Source: a virus (Duplodnaviria; Caudoviricetes). Taken from it: a stretch of 34,564 bases of DNA. The notes under the pieces were generated by a model. That model saw only the letters and a program-made list of their open reading frames with translations, was not told the origin of the DNA and did not search any database. The stretch is from the IMG/VR virus record IMGVR_UViG_3300037467_001880, positions 1 to 34,564 of that record; one strand, written 5' to 3'. Numbering within the stretch: the first letter of the stretch is position 1; every line of letters starts with the position of its first letter. Below are positions 9,617 through 18,418 of the stretch, one piece after another. The translations under genes and the position numbers were made by a program.

Positions 9617-10895
9617 TATCCGGCCCGCCAGCGCCACGCAGCTGAGCAATCTTGTCGCCACGGCCAACAATGTCAAGACCATCGATCTGTCCTGGGTGCT
9701 GCCGGTGGACGATCCGAGCTACCGCGCCGCGCAAATCTGGGTCAACACGGTCAACGACGTGGAAACAGCCTCGCTCGTCACGACGGTGGCCGGCAACTAT
9801 TACAGCTACACGGCACCGGATACGAACGGCCGTTATTTCTGGATTCGCACGGTCAACGAATACAACCGCACCGATGGCCCGTTCACCGGACCGGCCCAGG
9901 CCACGCCCAAGCTGCTCGTCACCAGCGACATCGGCGTGTTCGACCTGGCCACGGCCAACATCATCAACCAGCTTACTGTCAGCAAAATCACCGGTCTAGG
10001 TGCGCTGGCCACGCTCAGCAGCGTTAATGCCAGCACCCAAGTGACCAATCTGGGCGGCCTGGCGTTTGCGGACCAGATCGCCGCCAACCAAATCGGCGCC
10101 GGCACGCTGGCCGCCGGCGTGATTTACGCGGGCACGATTAACGCCGACAACATCACCAGCGGCACCATCACCGGCCGAACCGTGCGTACCTCCAGCGGCA
10201 GCACACGCGTGGAAATGGCCTCGGACAATACGCTGACCTTCTACTCGTCGGGTTCGACGAAAGCGCAGATCGGCGCCGGCGGCGGTAACGTCACCTGCTA
10301 CGGCTCGGGCACCATCCCGGCCCTGTATGCTTCCGGCGGCAGCGTCGCGATCCTGTGCGACGGCAACTTCACAACCAATGGCGGCACCGCGAGCCTGGGC
10401 ACGACCACGCCGTCCGGCAGTGCCACGCTTGGCACTTCCGGCAATGCCTGGGCCGGCATCTATTCCCAGACCGCGGTCACTGTGACCTCCGATGTGCGCG
10501 CCAAGACCGATATCCAGGACAGCGATCTTGGACTGGACTTCATCATGAAGCTGCGGCCGATCAGCTACCGTCTGGCGGTGGGGCGCACGGAGCGAGTGAT
10601 CGACCCTGACGCAACCGGGCCATTTCTGCCCGGTCAGGAGGCGAAGGTTGAGATTCCTTACGAGGGCACGCGTCGCCATTACGGTCTGCCGGCGCAAAAC
10701 GTCAAGGAAGCATTGGGCGATCTCGATGCCGCCATCTGGTCGCTGGATGATCCAACCAACCCGGATTCGCGCCAGGCGCTGCGCTACGAGGAATTGATCG
10801 CACCATTGATCAAGGCGATGCAGGAGCAGCAAAAAATGATCGAACGGCAGACGGCGCGCATCGATGCACTGGAGAAAAGACTGGCCAGCGCTTAA
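9606..10895 (+). CDS. Tail fibre with N-terminal FN3-like domain and C-terminal intramolecular chaperone (peptidase S74-like)
   Basis: Has the TSDVRAKTDI autocleavage motif, L.P.SY, HYG..AQ.V, LRYEELIAPLIKA.QE and a terminal coiled coil. Confidence 0.85.
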   Translation: MRIDIRPASATQLSNLVATANNVKTIDLSWVLPVDDPSYRAAQIWVNTVNDVETASLVTTVAGNYYSYTAPDTNGRYFWIRTVNEYNRTDGPFTGPAQATPKLLVTSDIGVFDLATANIINQLTVSKITGLGALATLSSVNASTQVTNLGGLAFADQIAANQIGAGTLAAGVIYAGTINADNITSGTITGRTVRTSSGSTRVEMASDNTLTFYSSGSTKAQIGAGGGNVTCYGSGTIPALYASGGSVAILCDGNFTTNGGTASLGTTTPSGSATLGTSGNAWAGIYSQTAVTVTSDVRAKTDIQDSDLGLDFIMKLRPISYRLAVGRTERVIDPDATGPFLPGQEAKVEIPYEGTRRHYGLPAQNVKEALGDLDAAIWSLDDPTNPDSRQALRYEELIAPLIKAMQEQQKMIERQTARIDALEKRLASA

Positions 10896-10925
10896 TTGTC
10901 AGTCATTGCTGACTTATGCTAGACT
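10896..10925 (+). promoter_or_regulatory. Promoter (TTGTCA-18-TAGACT) with operator copy 2, AGTCA-ttgc-TGACT (10901-10914)
   Basis: Perfect palindrome immediately after a stop codon and upstream of the long tail-fibre gene. Confidence 0.65.
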
Positions 10926-10953
10926 GCGCATGACTTTTTCCAGAGGATAGGCA

Positions 10954-13900
10954 ATGGCGCAGATTAAGCAATCGTGTTCGGTGACGAACGGTAGCCAGGC
11001 GGTTACGACCGCCGGCGACCTGACGCAGCGCATCAAGAAAAACAACATTTTCATGGTTGAAGGCGAACTGGTGCCATACACCATTGCTGCCGATTCGACC
11101 TACGATGGCGCCACCGGCAAGACGACGGTCACGTTGACCGGCGCCTATCAGGGGACCACCAATACCAGCGCCAGCGGCGTGTTTGCCGTTGACGCGACCT
11201 ACCCGGACATGATTCCGACGATCGCGCAAGGCGACGTCGGTACGGCGGCAATCTTCACCCAGGCCATGTATCACATCCAGGACATGGTCACGTCCGTTTC
11301 CCCGGGCGGTCTGCTGCAATATTCGCAATACTGGACCGACGTGAACGCCTGGCATGCTGATGTGAATACCTGGCACACCGACGTCGCTACATGGTATGGC
11401 GATATCGGCAACTGGCACACGGACGTCGACGGCTGGCACACCGATACGCTGGCGGCCAAGACCCTGGCCCAGAACTGGGCCTCGCAAGCCACCGGCACCG
11501 TGGACGGCACCAGCTATTCGGCCAAGTACTATGCCGGCCAGGCCAGCACGTCGGCCACCAACGCCAGTACGTCGGCCACCAACGCCGACGCCAGCGCTAC
11601 ACTCGCACAAAATTTCGCCACGTCGACCAACAATACCTTCACCGGTTCGGGCGGCATGTACGGTGCGTTGAAATACGCAACCGACGCGTCGACCAGCGCA
11701 ACGCTGGCGTCCAACTGGGCAACCTCGTTGACGAATACCTTCACGGGCGCCGGCGGTCTGTACGGTGCGCGCAAGTACGCGAACGATGCGAGTGCGTCGG
11801 CGACCAGTGCGCAGAACTGGGCCAGCCAGCTTACGACGACCGTCGACGGCACCAGCTACTCCGCCAAGCAGTACGCGCTGAATGCATCCAGCAGTGCGAC
11901 GACCGCGCAGAACTGGGCCACGTCCACCACGATCGTGTCGGGCGGCTTCTACGGTGCCTACAAATACGCGACCGACGCGTCTAGCTCGGCGAGCGGCGCC
12001 AGCACGTCGGCCACCAACGCGTCGACCAGCGCTACGCTGGCGCAAAATTTCGCAACCGCCACCAACAATACGTTCACCGGCTCGGGCGGCTTCTACGGTG
12101 CCTACAAATACGCGACCGACGCCGCAACGTCAGCGACCAATGCCGGCACCAGCGCTACGCTGGCGCAGAACTGGGCGACCAAGGCATCGGGCGAAGTCGT
12201 CACCGGTCAGGGCTATTCGGCCTACTATTGGGCGCAGCAGGCCGCCACCAGCGCGTCTCAGGCGTCGGCCGGCCAGATTCAGTCGGACTGGAACCAGACC
12301 GACAACACGCAAAAATCTTACATCGCCAACAAGCCGAATCTGAACGCGAATGAACCGATCAACTCATCGCGCGACTTCGTCGATGGCACCCTGATCGTAA
12401 CTGATCTTCCATACGTGGACAGTCAACATCCTTGGTTGCTGACTATCACCGGCAACTCGTATGGTTCGGGTATTCCATTCGACATCAAGGCGCAAGGCTA
12501 TCCGTACAACGGCGGCATGTTCAACTTGGGCGCGCTCTCGAATGGCGCCGGTATCACCGGTATGGTGGTGTTTTCGAACGCCAGTGGCAATATCTGCTTC
12601 TGGTGGCCACGCCAGTCGTATTGGCAGGGTTTCCGTGTTCACGTAGGGGAGGTGCAAAACGACAGCGTTCCCTACAACCATGTCACCGGTATCTCCAATA
12701 GCGTTATGCCGACCACTGGCGTAACGAAGACCGTCGCCATCACATTCAAGCAATCTGCGTTCGCCGGCTACAACACTGACATTACCAGCCTTGCTAACGT
12801 CGCCACAATCAGCAACAATGGATCGGCGATTGGAATAAACGGTGCAGCAGCAGCGGGCGGCTCCATTCTGCAGATTTCCAATGGCGGATTGAATGCCAAT
12901 GTTGGTGTGGGATCAAACGCCGCTGGTTCAAACAAAGCTTTATGGGTTACTAAAGATGGTGGCGCTACCTACAACGGCTTTGCCTGGCAATATAATGCCG
13001 ATGGTGGCGCTTCGCTTTTTGTCGGCAACACTTCAAGCGCATGGGTTGAACGCATGCGCTACGCCGACTCTGGTGGATTTGGGTTCTACCACGATGTCGG
13101 TACGACTGGCAATATCACAGTAGATCACACGGCAGGTGAGCGACATATCCAGTTTTCATCCTCCACTTTCAACGGCGGTTTCTATTGCCGGCCAAGTGAC
13201 AATGTTATTGGATTATATGACTGGACCAACGGTCGTGGCGTTTGGGCGTACACGCCCGCTACCAATCGTTTTGATATTGGCGCGACGAACACCTACACCG
13301 GTACGCTGAATGTCAACAGTAACATCTTCGGCACCAGCGCTGCACGCTCGTTCTCGCTGCGGGCGGATACCGGCGCCCTGAATTTCAAGGGCGATACGGG
13401 CGGCTGGGCCATGGGTATGACGGTACAGGGCAGTAGCGGTACTCAATATGGCGGATTTTGGGCCAACGGCAACGCAGATACGTGCTCTGCTTACTCTATT
13501 GGCGATGCGTACAATTCGGGCTTGTTGACCGTTGACCGCGCCAGTGGCAGCACGATTCTCGGCAGCCCAGCCACGGACAGCACGGCCGCCCGTCTGCAAG
13601 TCGCTGGTCAAATCAACGTGCGTGGCAGCGACAGCGGCACGATTCTCTCGACCCTGAACACTACAGCATCCAGCGCGGCGCAGCTGACGGTGAAGCACAA
13701 CCTTGGCGCTGTCGACATCACGAATGCACGTGGTCAGATCAACCTGAACGGCGCGTCCGGGACCGTTGGCGTCAACGTCGTCAGCAACCTGACCACGACG
13801 ACGCAGGACACGCGCACGATCAACTTTAATCGTTCTGTCAATACTGGATCAGGCATTAAATGGTACAACGGCACCTACACGGCTTGGGTTGATTACATGG

Positions 13901-15087
13901 GTGTTGCCGGAAGCGCAGGACAAGGTCCGAGTGGTACCTTGACCCCTCCTTCTGGCACATTGGTTACAACATGGGGTCGCCGTTCGTTTATCGAGAACAG
14001 TAACGGTTTTGGCTGGACTTTCGAAAGCGGAAATGCTTCCTCAACGACTCCAGCTATCGTGGCTGAAATCAGTTCCAACACAGGTTCATTCCGTTGCCTT
14101 GGTGATTTGACAAATGGAGGCAATCATTATTGCGGTGGCGTTTCGCTTCTGAACGGCGCGACTGGAACTTATAACGGTAACGGGTCAGCTGTTACCATTA
14201 ACTATACTGGCAGCGGCACTCAGTATGGTATTACGATGAAGCCGGCAACGGCTACGTCCAATACAAATACCATTAATTTCCTGACTAGTGGATCAACTTA
14301 TTCCTCTGCCACGAGCATGGCCAGTATTCAGCATATGGCAAATGATGCTGGTATCAACTTGACTGGTAATTGGTATAAGGATGGTAACGCTCTCGTGCAC
14401 TGGGGTCAGGCCAACGTTACCGGTGGTTTTGCGGCCCTGTCCGGCTACAATCTGCAACTCAAGAACACGGCCGGCACGGTTCAAAGCCAGATCACCACCA
14501 GCGCAACCGCCGCACGTACCTGGACCATGCCCGACAAGGACGGCACGGTGGCGATGACGTCGGACATCACGTCGGGCCTGGTCCCGCTCGGCAAGCTCTC
14601 CCTGGCCGGCAATACCTATGTCGACTTCCTGAACACGTTCTCGGACACGTACGACAAGTACATCATCGAAATCGAGAACGTCATGCCGAGCGCGGTGGGC
14701 AACCTCCTGATGCGCCTGTCGACCAATGGCACCAGCGCAGATGCCGGTGGTTCCTATTCGTCGATGATGGCACCAAACGGCGCAACCACCAGCTTCCTTC
14801 AAACGTCGTTCACGCTGGCAAACAGCATGGATGCTGGCGCAGGCACGTCGTACGCAGGCTCGACGTTCACGATTGAAGTGTGCAATGCACGCCTCGTTAC
14901 CAGTTCGCCGCGCGTGGTTTCGACGCGTGGTGCATTCATGACGTCCTCCGCGGCATTGCAGTCTGTCGATTACATTTCCGGATATTTCGGCAGCACTTCC
15001 CCGCTGACCGGTTTCCGCCTGCTCTGGAGCGGATCGCAGACTTTCAGCAAAGGCATGGTGCGCGTTTATGGCGTGCTCAACAATTAA
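10954..15087 (+). CDS. Long mosaic tail fibre protein
   Basis: 1377 aa, Gly/Ser/Thr/Asn-rich, with a Shine-Dalgarno (GAGG). It carries Ala/Ser/Thr coiled-coil repeats, a QSDW.QTD...YI.NKP linker and an RTWTMPDKDGTVA motif, and is followed by a small chaperone-like gene. Confidence 0.85.
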   Translation: MAQIKQSCSVTNGSQAVTTAGDLTQRIKKNNIFMVEGELVPYTIAADSTYDGATGKTTVTLTGAYQGTTNTSASGVFAVDATYPDMIPTIAQGDVGTAAIFTQAMYHIQDMVTSVSPGGLLQYSQYWTDVNAWHADVNTWHTDVATWYGDIGNWHTDVDGWHTDTLAAKTLAQNWASQATGTVDGTSYSAKYYAGQASTSATNASTSATNADASATLAQNFATSTNNTFTGSGGMYGALKYATDASTSATLASNWATSLTNTFTGAGGLYGARKYANDASASATSAQNWASQLTTTVDGTSYSAKQYALNASSSATTAQNWATSTTIVSGGFYGAYKYATDASSSASGASTSATNASTSATLAQNFATATNNTFTGSGGFYGAYKYATDAATSATNAGTSATLAQNWATKASGEVVTGQGYSAYYWAQQAATSASQASAGQIQSDWNQTDNTQKSYIANKPNLNANEPINSSRDFVDGTLIVTDLPYVDSQHPWLLTITGNSYGSGIPFDIKAQGYPYNGGMFNLGALSNGAGITGMVVFSNASGNICFWWPRQSYWQGFRVHVGEVQNDSVPYNHVTGISNSVMPTTGVTKTVAITFKQSAFAGYNTDITSLANVATISNNGSAIGINGAAAAGGSILQISNGGLNANVGVGSNAAGSNKALWVTKDGGATYNGFAWQYNADGGASLFVGNTSSAWVERMRYADSGGFGFYHDVGTTGNITVDHTAGERHIQFSSSTFNGGFYCRPSDNVIGLYDWTNGRGVWAYTPATNRFDIGATNTYTGTLNVNSNIFGTSAARSFSLRADTGALNFKGDTGGWAMGMTVQGSSGTQYGGFWANGNADTCSAYSIGDAYNSGLLTVDRASGSTILGSPATDSTAARLQVAGQINVRGSDSGTILSTLNTTASSAAQLTVKHNLGAVDITNARGQINLNGASGTVGVNVVSNLTTTTQDTRTINFNRSVNTGSGIKWYNGTYTAWVDYMGVAGSAGQGPSGTLTPPSGTLVTTWGRRSFIENSNGFGWTFESGNASSTTPAIVAEISSNTGSFRCLGDLTNGGNHYCGGVSLLNGATGTYNGNGSAVTINYTGSGTQYGITMKPATATSNTNTINFLTSGSTYSSATSMASIQHMANDAGINLTGNWYKDGNALVHWGQANVTGGFAALSGYNLQLKNTAGTVQSQITTSATAARTWTMPDKDGTVAMTSDITSGLVPLGKLSLAGNTYVDFLNTFSDTYDKYIIEIENVMPSAVGNLLMRLSTNGTSADAGGSYSSMMAPNGATTSFLQTSFTLANSMDAGAGTSYAGSTFTIEVCNARLVTSSPRVVSTRGAFMTSSAALQSVDYISGYFGSTSPLTGFRLLWSGSQTFSKGMVRVYGVLNN
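11329..11454 (+). repeat. 21-bp period / 7-aa Trp heptad repeat (six units)
   Basis: YWTDVNA-WHADVNT-WHTDVAT-WYGDIGN-WHTDVDG-WHTDTLA. Confidence 0.85.
11455..12260 (+). repeat. Degenerate tandem repeats (AQN[WF]A...Y[SG]A..YA) in the fibre shaft, including an exact 41-bp direct repeat
   Basis: About seven peptide repeats. TCGGGCGGCTTCTACGGTGCCTACAAATACGCGACCGACGC occurs at 11938-11978 and 12082-12122. Confidence 0.85.
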
Positions 15088-15096
15088 GGAGCCAAC

Positions 15097-15459
15097 ATGA
15101 CTTTTCAAATCGCCTATTGGGATGATGAACTGCAGCAGCAGATGACGCGCGACAGCACGCCGGAAGAAGATGCGCAGCGCGACGCCGATATCGCGGCCGC
15201 GGCAAAGGTCGCAGTGCCGGAGGAAATCACCCGGCGCCAGGCGCTGCAGGCGCTGGCCATCAAGGGGCTGCTTGACAAGGTGCAGCCGCTGATCGACGCC
15301 ATCGCGGACCCGCTTCAGCGTCAGCTGGCCCAGATCGAATACGACACCTCGCAGGTGTTCAAGCGTCACCGTCCGCTTGTCGTCCAACTGCTGCCCGGCC
15401 TGGGCTTGAGTGAAAGCGACGGCGATGATCTGTTCATTTTCGCAGCCTCCCTCACGTAA
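15097..15459 (+). CDS. Putative tail fibre assembly/chaperone protein
   Basis: Strong SD (AAGGAG). The VP..ITRRQA..AL...G...F.R..P...LG.....D.LF..A pattern is common in small genes following tail fibres. Confidence 0.65.
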   Translation: MTFQIAYWDDELQQQMTRDSTPEEDAQRDADIAAAAKVAVPEEITRRQALQALAIKGLLDKVQPLIDAIADPLQRQLAQIEYDTSQVFKRHRPLVVQLLPGLGLSESDGDDLFIFAASLT

Positions 15460-15469
15460 AAGGAAAGCC

Positions 15470-16006
15470 ATGAACTACGACCAAGCCCGCGGCAGAATTC
15501 AAACCGGCGATCTGATCGGCGTGCGCGATGTGCACGGCCTGCTCGGCAAGGCCACGGTATTCTTTACCGGTTCACCCTACACGCACACGGGCGTGGCCGT
15601 TTGGCTGGGTGATCGATTGTTCATGGCGGACCTCAATTCCGGCCGCAACCACTTGACCGCTCTGTCCTGCATCGAAAGCTTTGACGTGCTCGACCCGCCG
15701 GCTGGCATCGACCGCAAGTTCATCGAGCAGGCGACTTTCGATTGGCTGGCGCACCCGATCACCTATGGCTACGCAGCCTTCATCCTGATCGGCCTGAAAG
15801 ACGCGCTGGGCGTCAAGAAGTTTATCCATTGGCGCAAGATCATCGTGTGCTCGGGCGGCTCCATCCAGATTTACGAAATGGCCGTGGATGCGATGCTCAC
15901 GCACGGCGAGAATGTGCCGCCGGCCTGGGTCGACCACGACCGCACCTTGTCGCCCGGCGATCTGGTCGCGGAACTGGGCGTGCCGAAGCTGCAAGTTCGC
16001 CCTTGA
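15470..16006 (+). CDS. Permuted papain-like amidase (YaeF/YiiX-like, circularly permuted NlpC/P60)
   Basis: Motif order is IQTGDLI, PYTHTGV (His), then IVCS (Cys), and it ends with SPGDL. SD AAGGAAA precedes ATG 15470. Confidence 0.75.
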   Translation: MNYDQARGRIQTGDLIGVRDVHGLLGKATVFFTGSPYTHTGVAVWLGDRLFMADLNSGRNHLTALSCIESFDVLDPPAGIDRKFIEQATFDWLAHPITYGYAAFILIGLKDALGVKKFIHWRKIIVCSGGSIQIYEMAVDAMLTHGENVPPAWVDHDRTLSPGDLVAELGVPKLQVRP

Positions 16007-16031
16007 AAGTAAGTCAGTACTGACCTATAAT
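16003..16031 (+). promoter_or_regulatory. Promoter (TTGAAA-17-TATAAT) with operator copy 3, AGTCA-gtac-TGACC (16012-16025)
   Basis: Near-consensus sigma70 promoter whose spacer is filled by the palindrome GTCAGTACTGAC. Confidence 0.8.
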
Positions 16032-16056
16032 CGGACGATTCCTATAAAGGCCAAGC

Positions 16057-16410
16057 ATGAGCACCGAAGTCGCAATCATCGCCTTGAAGATGTATCAGGG
16101 CGGCACATTTCGCCAAGGCTTCACCTTCAAGAATCGTTTGAAAAAGCCCTATGACCTGACCGGATATCGCGCACACATGCAAGTTCGCGACAGCGGCAAC
16201 CTCGTCGCCGATCTGAATACGGAAAACGGCGGCATTGCGCTGGGCGGCACAGCGGGCACGATCGATTTGTATGTGTCGGACGAGGCAACGGCCGTCATGC
16301 AGTTCTCCAAAGCTCAATACGATCTGTTCTTGCTCGCGCCAAATGGCGATTCGATTCCGATCATCGCCGGCACGATCACGCTGACGAAAGGACAGACGCA
16401 AAATGCCTGA
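16057..16410 (+). CDS. Putative virion structural/adaptor protein
   Basis: The QG.TF...PYDLTGY.A.MQVR...YDL...G.I pattern is seen in small phage structural Ig-like proteins. First gene after the promoter. Confidence 0.55.
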   Translation: MSTEVAIIALKMYQGGTFRQGFTFKNRLKKPYDLTGYRAHMQVRDSGNLVADLNTENGGIALGGTAGTIDLYVSDEATAVMQFSKAQYDLFLLAPNGDSIPIIAGTITLTKGQTQNA

Positions 16411-16873
16411 CATCATCCTTCAAACCGTCGATCGTATCGACGTCATCACCCAAGGTACGCAAGGTATTCCTGGCATTCAGGGCGATCGTGGCCTGCCAGG
16501 TCCACCGGGCGGTTCCGCGCTGGAATACACCGCCGGCTCCGCGATTGGCGGTCACCGCGTCGTTATTTTGAATGGCGATGGTCAACTTACCTACGCGAGC
16601 GCAAACGACCTGACCAATATTGGACGCGTTATCGGCATCACGACAATGGCCGCCGATGTCGGTGCGACTTGCCAAGTGCAGAATTTCGACCGACTCGATG
16701 AACCGTCCTGGAACTGGGACACAACCCAGTCGGTATATCTCGGCGTCGATGGCCTGCTCACGCAGCAAACACCGACGCTCCCCGACGCCAAATTTTCGAT
16801 GGTGGTGGGTTTTCCTATCTCCAGCACTTCCCTGTTCGTGAACCTGCGCGAACCGATCATTCTTTCCGCTTAA
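16403..16873 (+). CDS. Putative virion decoration protein with short collagen-like stretch
   Basis: GTQGIPGIQGDRGLPGPPG (six GXY triplets), followed by AG.AIGGHRVV...IGI...VYLG.DG.LT, which resembles capsid-cement/head-fibre proteins. Confidence 0.55.
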   Translation: MPDIILQTVDRIDVITQGTQGIPGIQGDRGLPGPPGGSALEYTAGSAIGGHRVVILNGDGQLTYASANDLTNIGRVIGITTMAADVGATCQVQNFDRLDEPSWNWDTTQSVYLGVDGLLTQQTPTLPDAKFSMVVGFPISSTSLFVNLREPIILSA

Positions 16874-16884
16874 AGGAGCTGTAA

Positions 16885-17481
16885 ATGGGCACTGCCTCGA
16901 CCAAGAAATTCATCAAGAACGTCAGCGGCGCGCTGACGGAAGAAGCCGCGATCACCACGTCGGCTGGCGCCGGCGACGCCAACGCAATCCCCGCGCTGAA
17001 CGCCAACGGTGTTCTGGACCCGACCATCCTGAACGCGACCGTAACGTCGGCCGCGAACAAGATCGCCCAACTTGACGGCTCCGGTCGTCTGGATACCACC
17101 GTCATGCCGGTTGGCATCGGCGCCGATACGGCGATTCTGGTGGCGTCCGAAGCCCTGTCCGCGGGCAACTACGTCAACGTGTTCGATGCCGGCTCGGGCG
17201 TGTTCAAAGTGCGCAAGGCCGACGCCACCGTCGCTGGCAAGGAAGCGATGGGCTTCGTTCTGGCCGCGGTCTCGCTCGGCGCCAATGCGACCGTGTACTT
17301 CGAAGGCACGAACACCCAAGTCACCGGCCAGACGCCAGGCAATGTGTTTCTGCAGACGACCGCAGGTGCAGGCGCCGCTGCCGTACCTAGCGCATCCGGC
17401 AACGTGGTCCAGTGCATCGGCTTTGCCGTGTCCGCGACGGCCGTGAACTTCCAGTACAACCGCCCGATCACGCTGGCATAA
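16885..17481 (+). CDS. Putative virion decoration protein (capsid-cement/head-fibre-like)
   Basis: SD AAGGAG. Ala/Gly-rich, with ASEALSAG..V...A.GFV...VYFEG...VVQ.IG.A. Confidence 0.55.
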   Translation: MGTASTKKFIKNVSGALTEEAAITTSAGAGDANAIPALNANGVLDPTILNATVTSAANKIAQLDGSGRLDTTVMPVGIGADTAILVASEALSAGNYVNVFDAGSGVFKVRKADATVAGKEAMGFVLAAVSLGANATVYFEGTNTQVTGQTPGNVFLQTTAGAGAAAVPSASGNVVQCIGFAVSATAVNFQYNRPITLA

Positions 17482-17483
17482 AC

Positions 17484-17939
17484 ATGACCCCTGATCAGTT
17501 CAATATCCTGTTGAATGAGCTGAAGCTCGATCCGGAAGGTCTGGGGTATGCCCAGCACCTTCCGGATGATCCAGTACGCGCCGTTGAGCTTATTACAAGC
17601 AAGGGCTTCACGATGGTGAAGTCTCGCATGATCAACGGTCGGACCATCCTTGAGCATTGCTCCACAGGAAAATCGATCCTGCGCAAGATCAAGGCTGCAG
17701 CAGATGCTGATGCGGTGATGGAAGTTGTGTGGGCCTTCCTCAAGCAAGAATCCGGGCTCGACATTGGCTCCCCCGCCACGCGCACCAGCATCGATGAACT
17801 GGTGACGAGCGGAAGCTGGGAGCAGGCTGAAGGCGACGAATTAAAGGGCCTGGCAATTCAGCCAGCCAGCCGGGCTGAAGTGCTTGGCATTCCTGCGCCG
17901 TCTGCGCGCGACATCGTAGAAGCGTGGGGTGAGCAATAA
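17484..17939 (+). CDS. Hypothetical protein
   Basis: ATG two bases after the previous stop and TAATG coupling to the next gene. Confidence 0.65.
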   Translation: MTPDQFNILLNELKLDPEGLGYAQHLPDDPVRAVELITSKGFTMVKSRMINGRTILEHCSTGKSILRKIKAAADADAVMEVVWAFLKQESGLDIGSPATRTSIDELVTSGSWEQAEGDELKGLAIQPASRAEVLGIPAPSARDIVEAWGEQ

Positions 17940-18418
17940 TGGCCGGTTCGTTTAAATGGCAAGAGAGTAGCGCGCAGACAATCGGCACGACAGCGGCCAC
18001 GCTTTCTAGCGGGTCCGCCGTCCTCGTTGGCCAACTCGATTTGCGCGCCGTTACTGCCGGCCCGCTGGCGGACAATTTCGCTGCGCTTTTCACGCTGGCC
18101 GCAGCGTGGGCGACCGTGACCGGCATCGCGGCAAATACTGTCGTCGCTGAGTTGTATCTCGTCCCGTCGATTGACGGCGGCACGACCTTCCCCGATGTCG
18201 ATACCACGGCCGGCGCATCGACAATAGCCTATCCGCACTTGGCAGGCTCCTTCGTGGCGGCCAAAACGCCGGGCACGGGTACGACGATGAATTTCGCGAC
18301 GGCGCCGGTCGACCTGTTCCCCGCCCTGTACAACGTCTACATTCTCAACCGATCCGGGCAGACGTTGAATTCCAGTGCTGTGCTTAAAGTGCAGGGCACG
18401 GTCGCCCAATACACGTAA
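17939..18418 (+). CDS. Hypothetical protein (putative virion protein)
   Basis: Translationally coupled on both sides (TAATG); Ala/Thr-rich, beta-type composition. Confidence 0.65.
   Translation: MAGSFKWQESSAQTIGTTAATLSSGSAVLVGQLDLRAVTAGPLADNFAALFTLAAAWATVTGIAANTVVAELYLVPSIDGGTTFPDVDTTAGASTIAYPHLAGSFVAAKTPGTGTTMNFATAPVDLFPALYNVYILNRSGQTLNSSAVLKVQGTVAQYT

Noticed and set aside
10954-15087. Diversity-generating retroelement or shufflon acting on the tail fibre
   Set aside because: I saw no reverse transcriptase, no adenine-specific TR/VR pair and no inverted alternative C-termini in this window.
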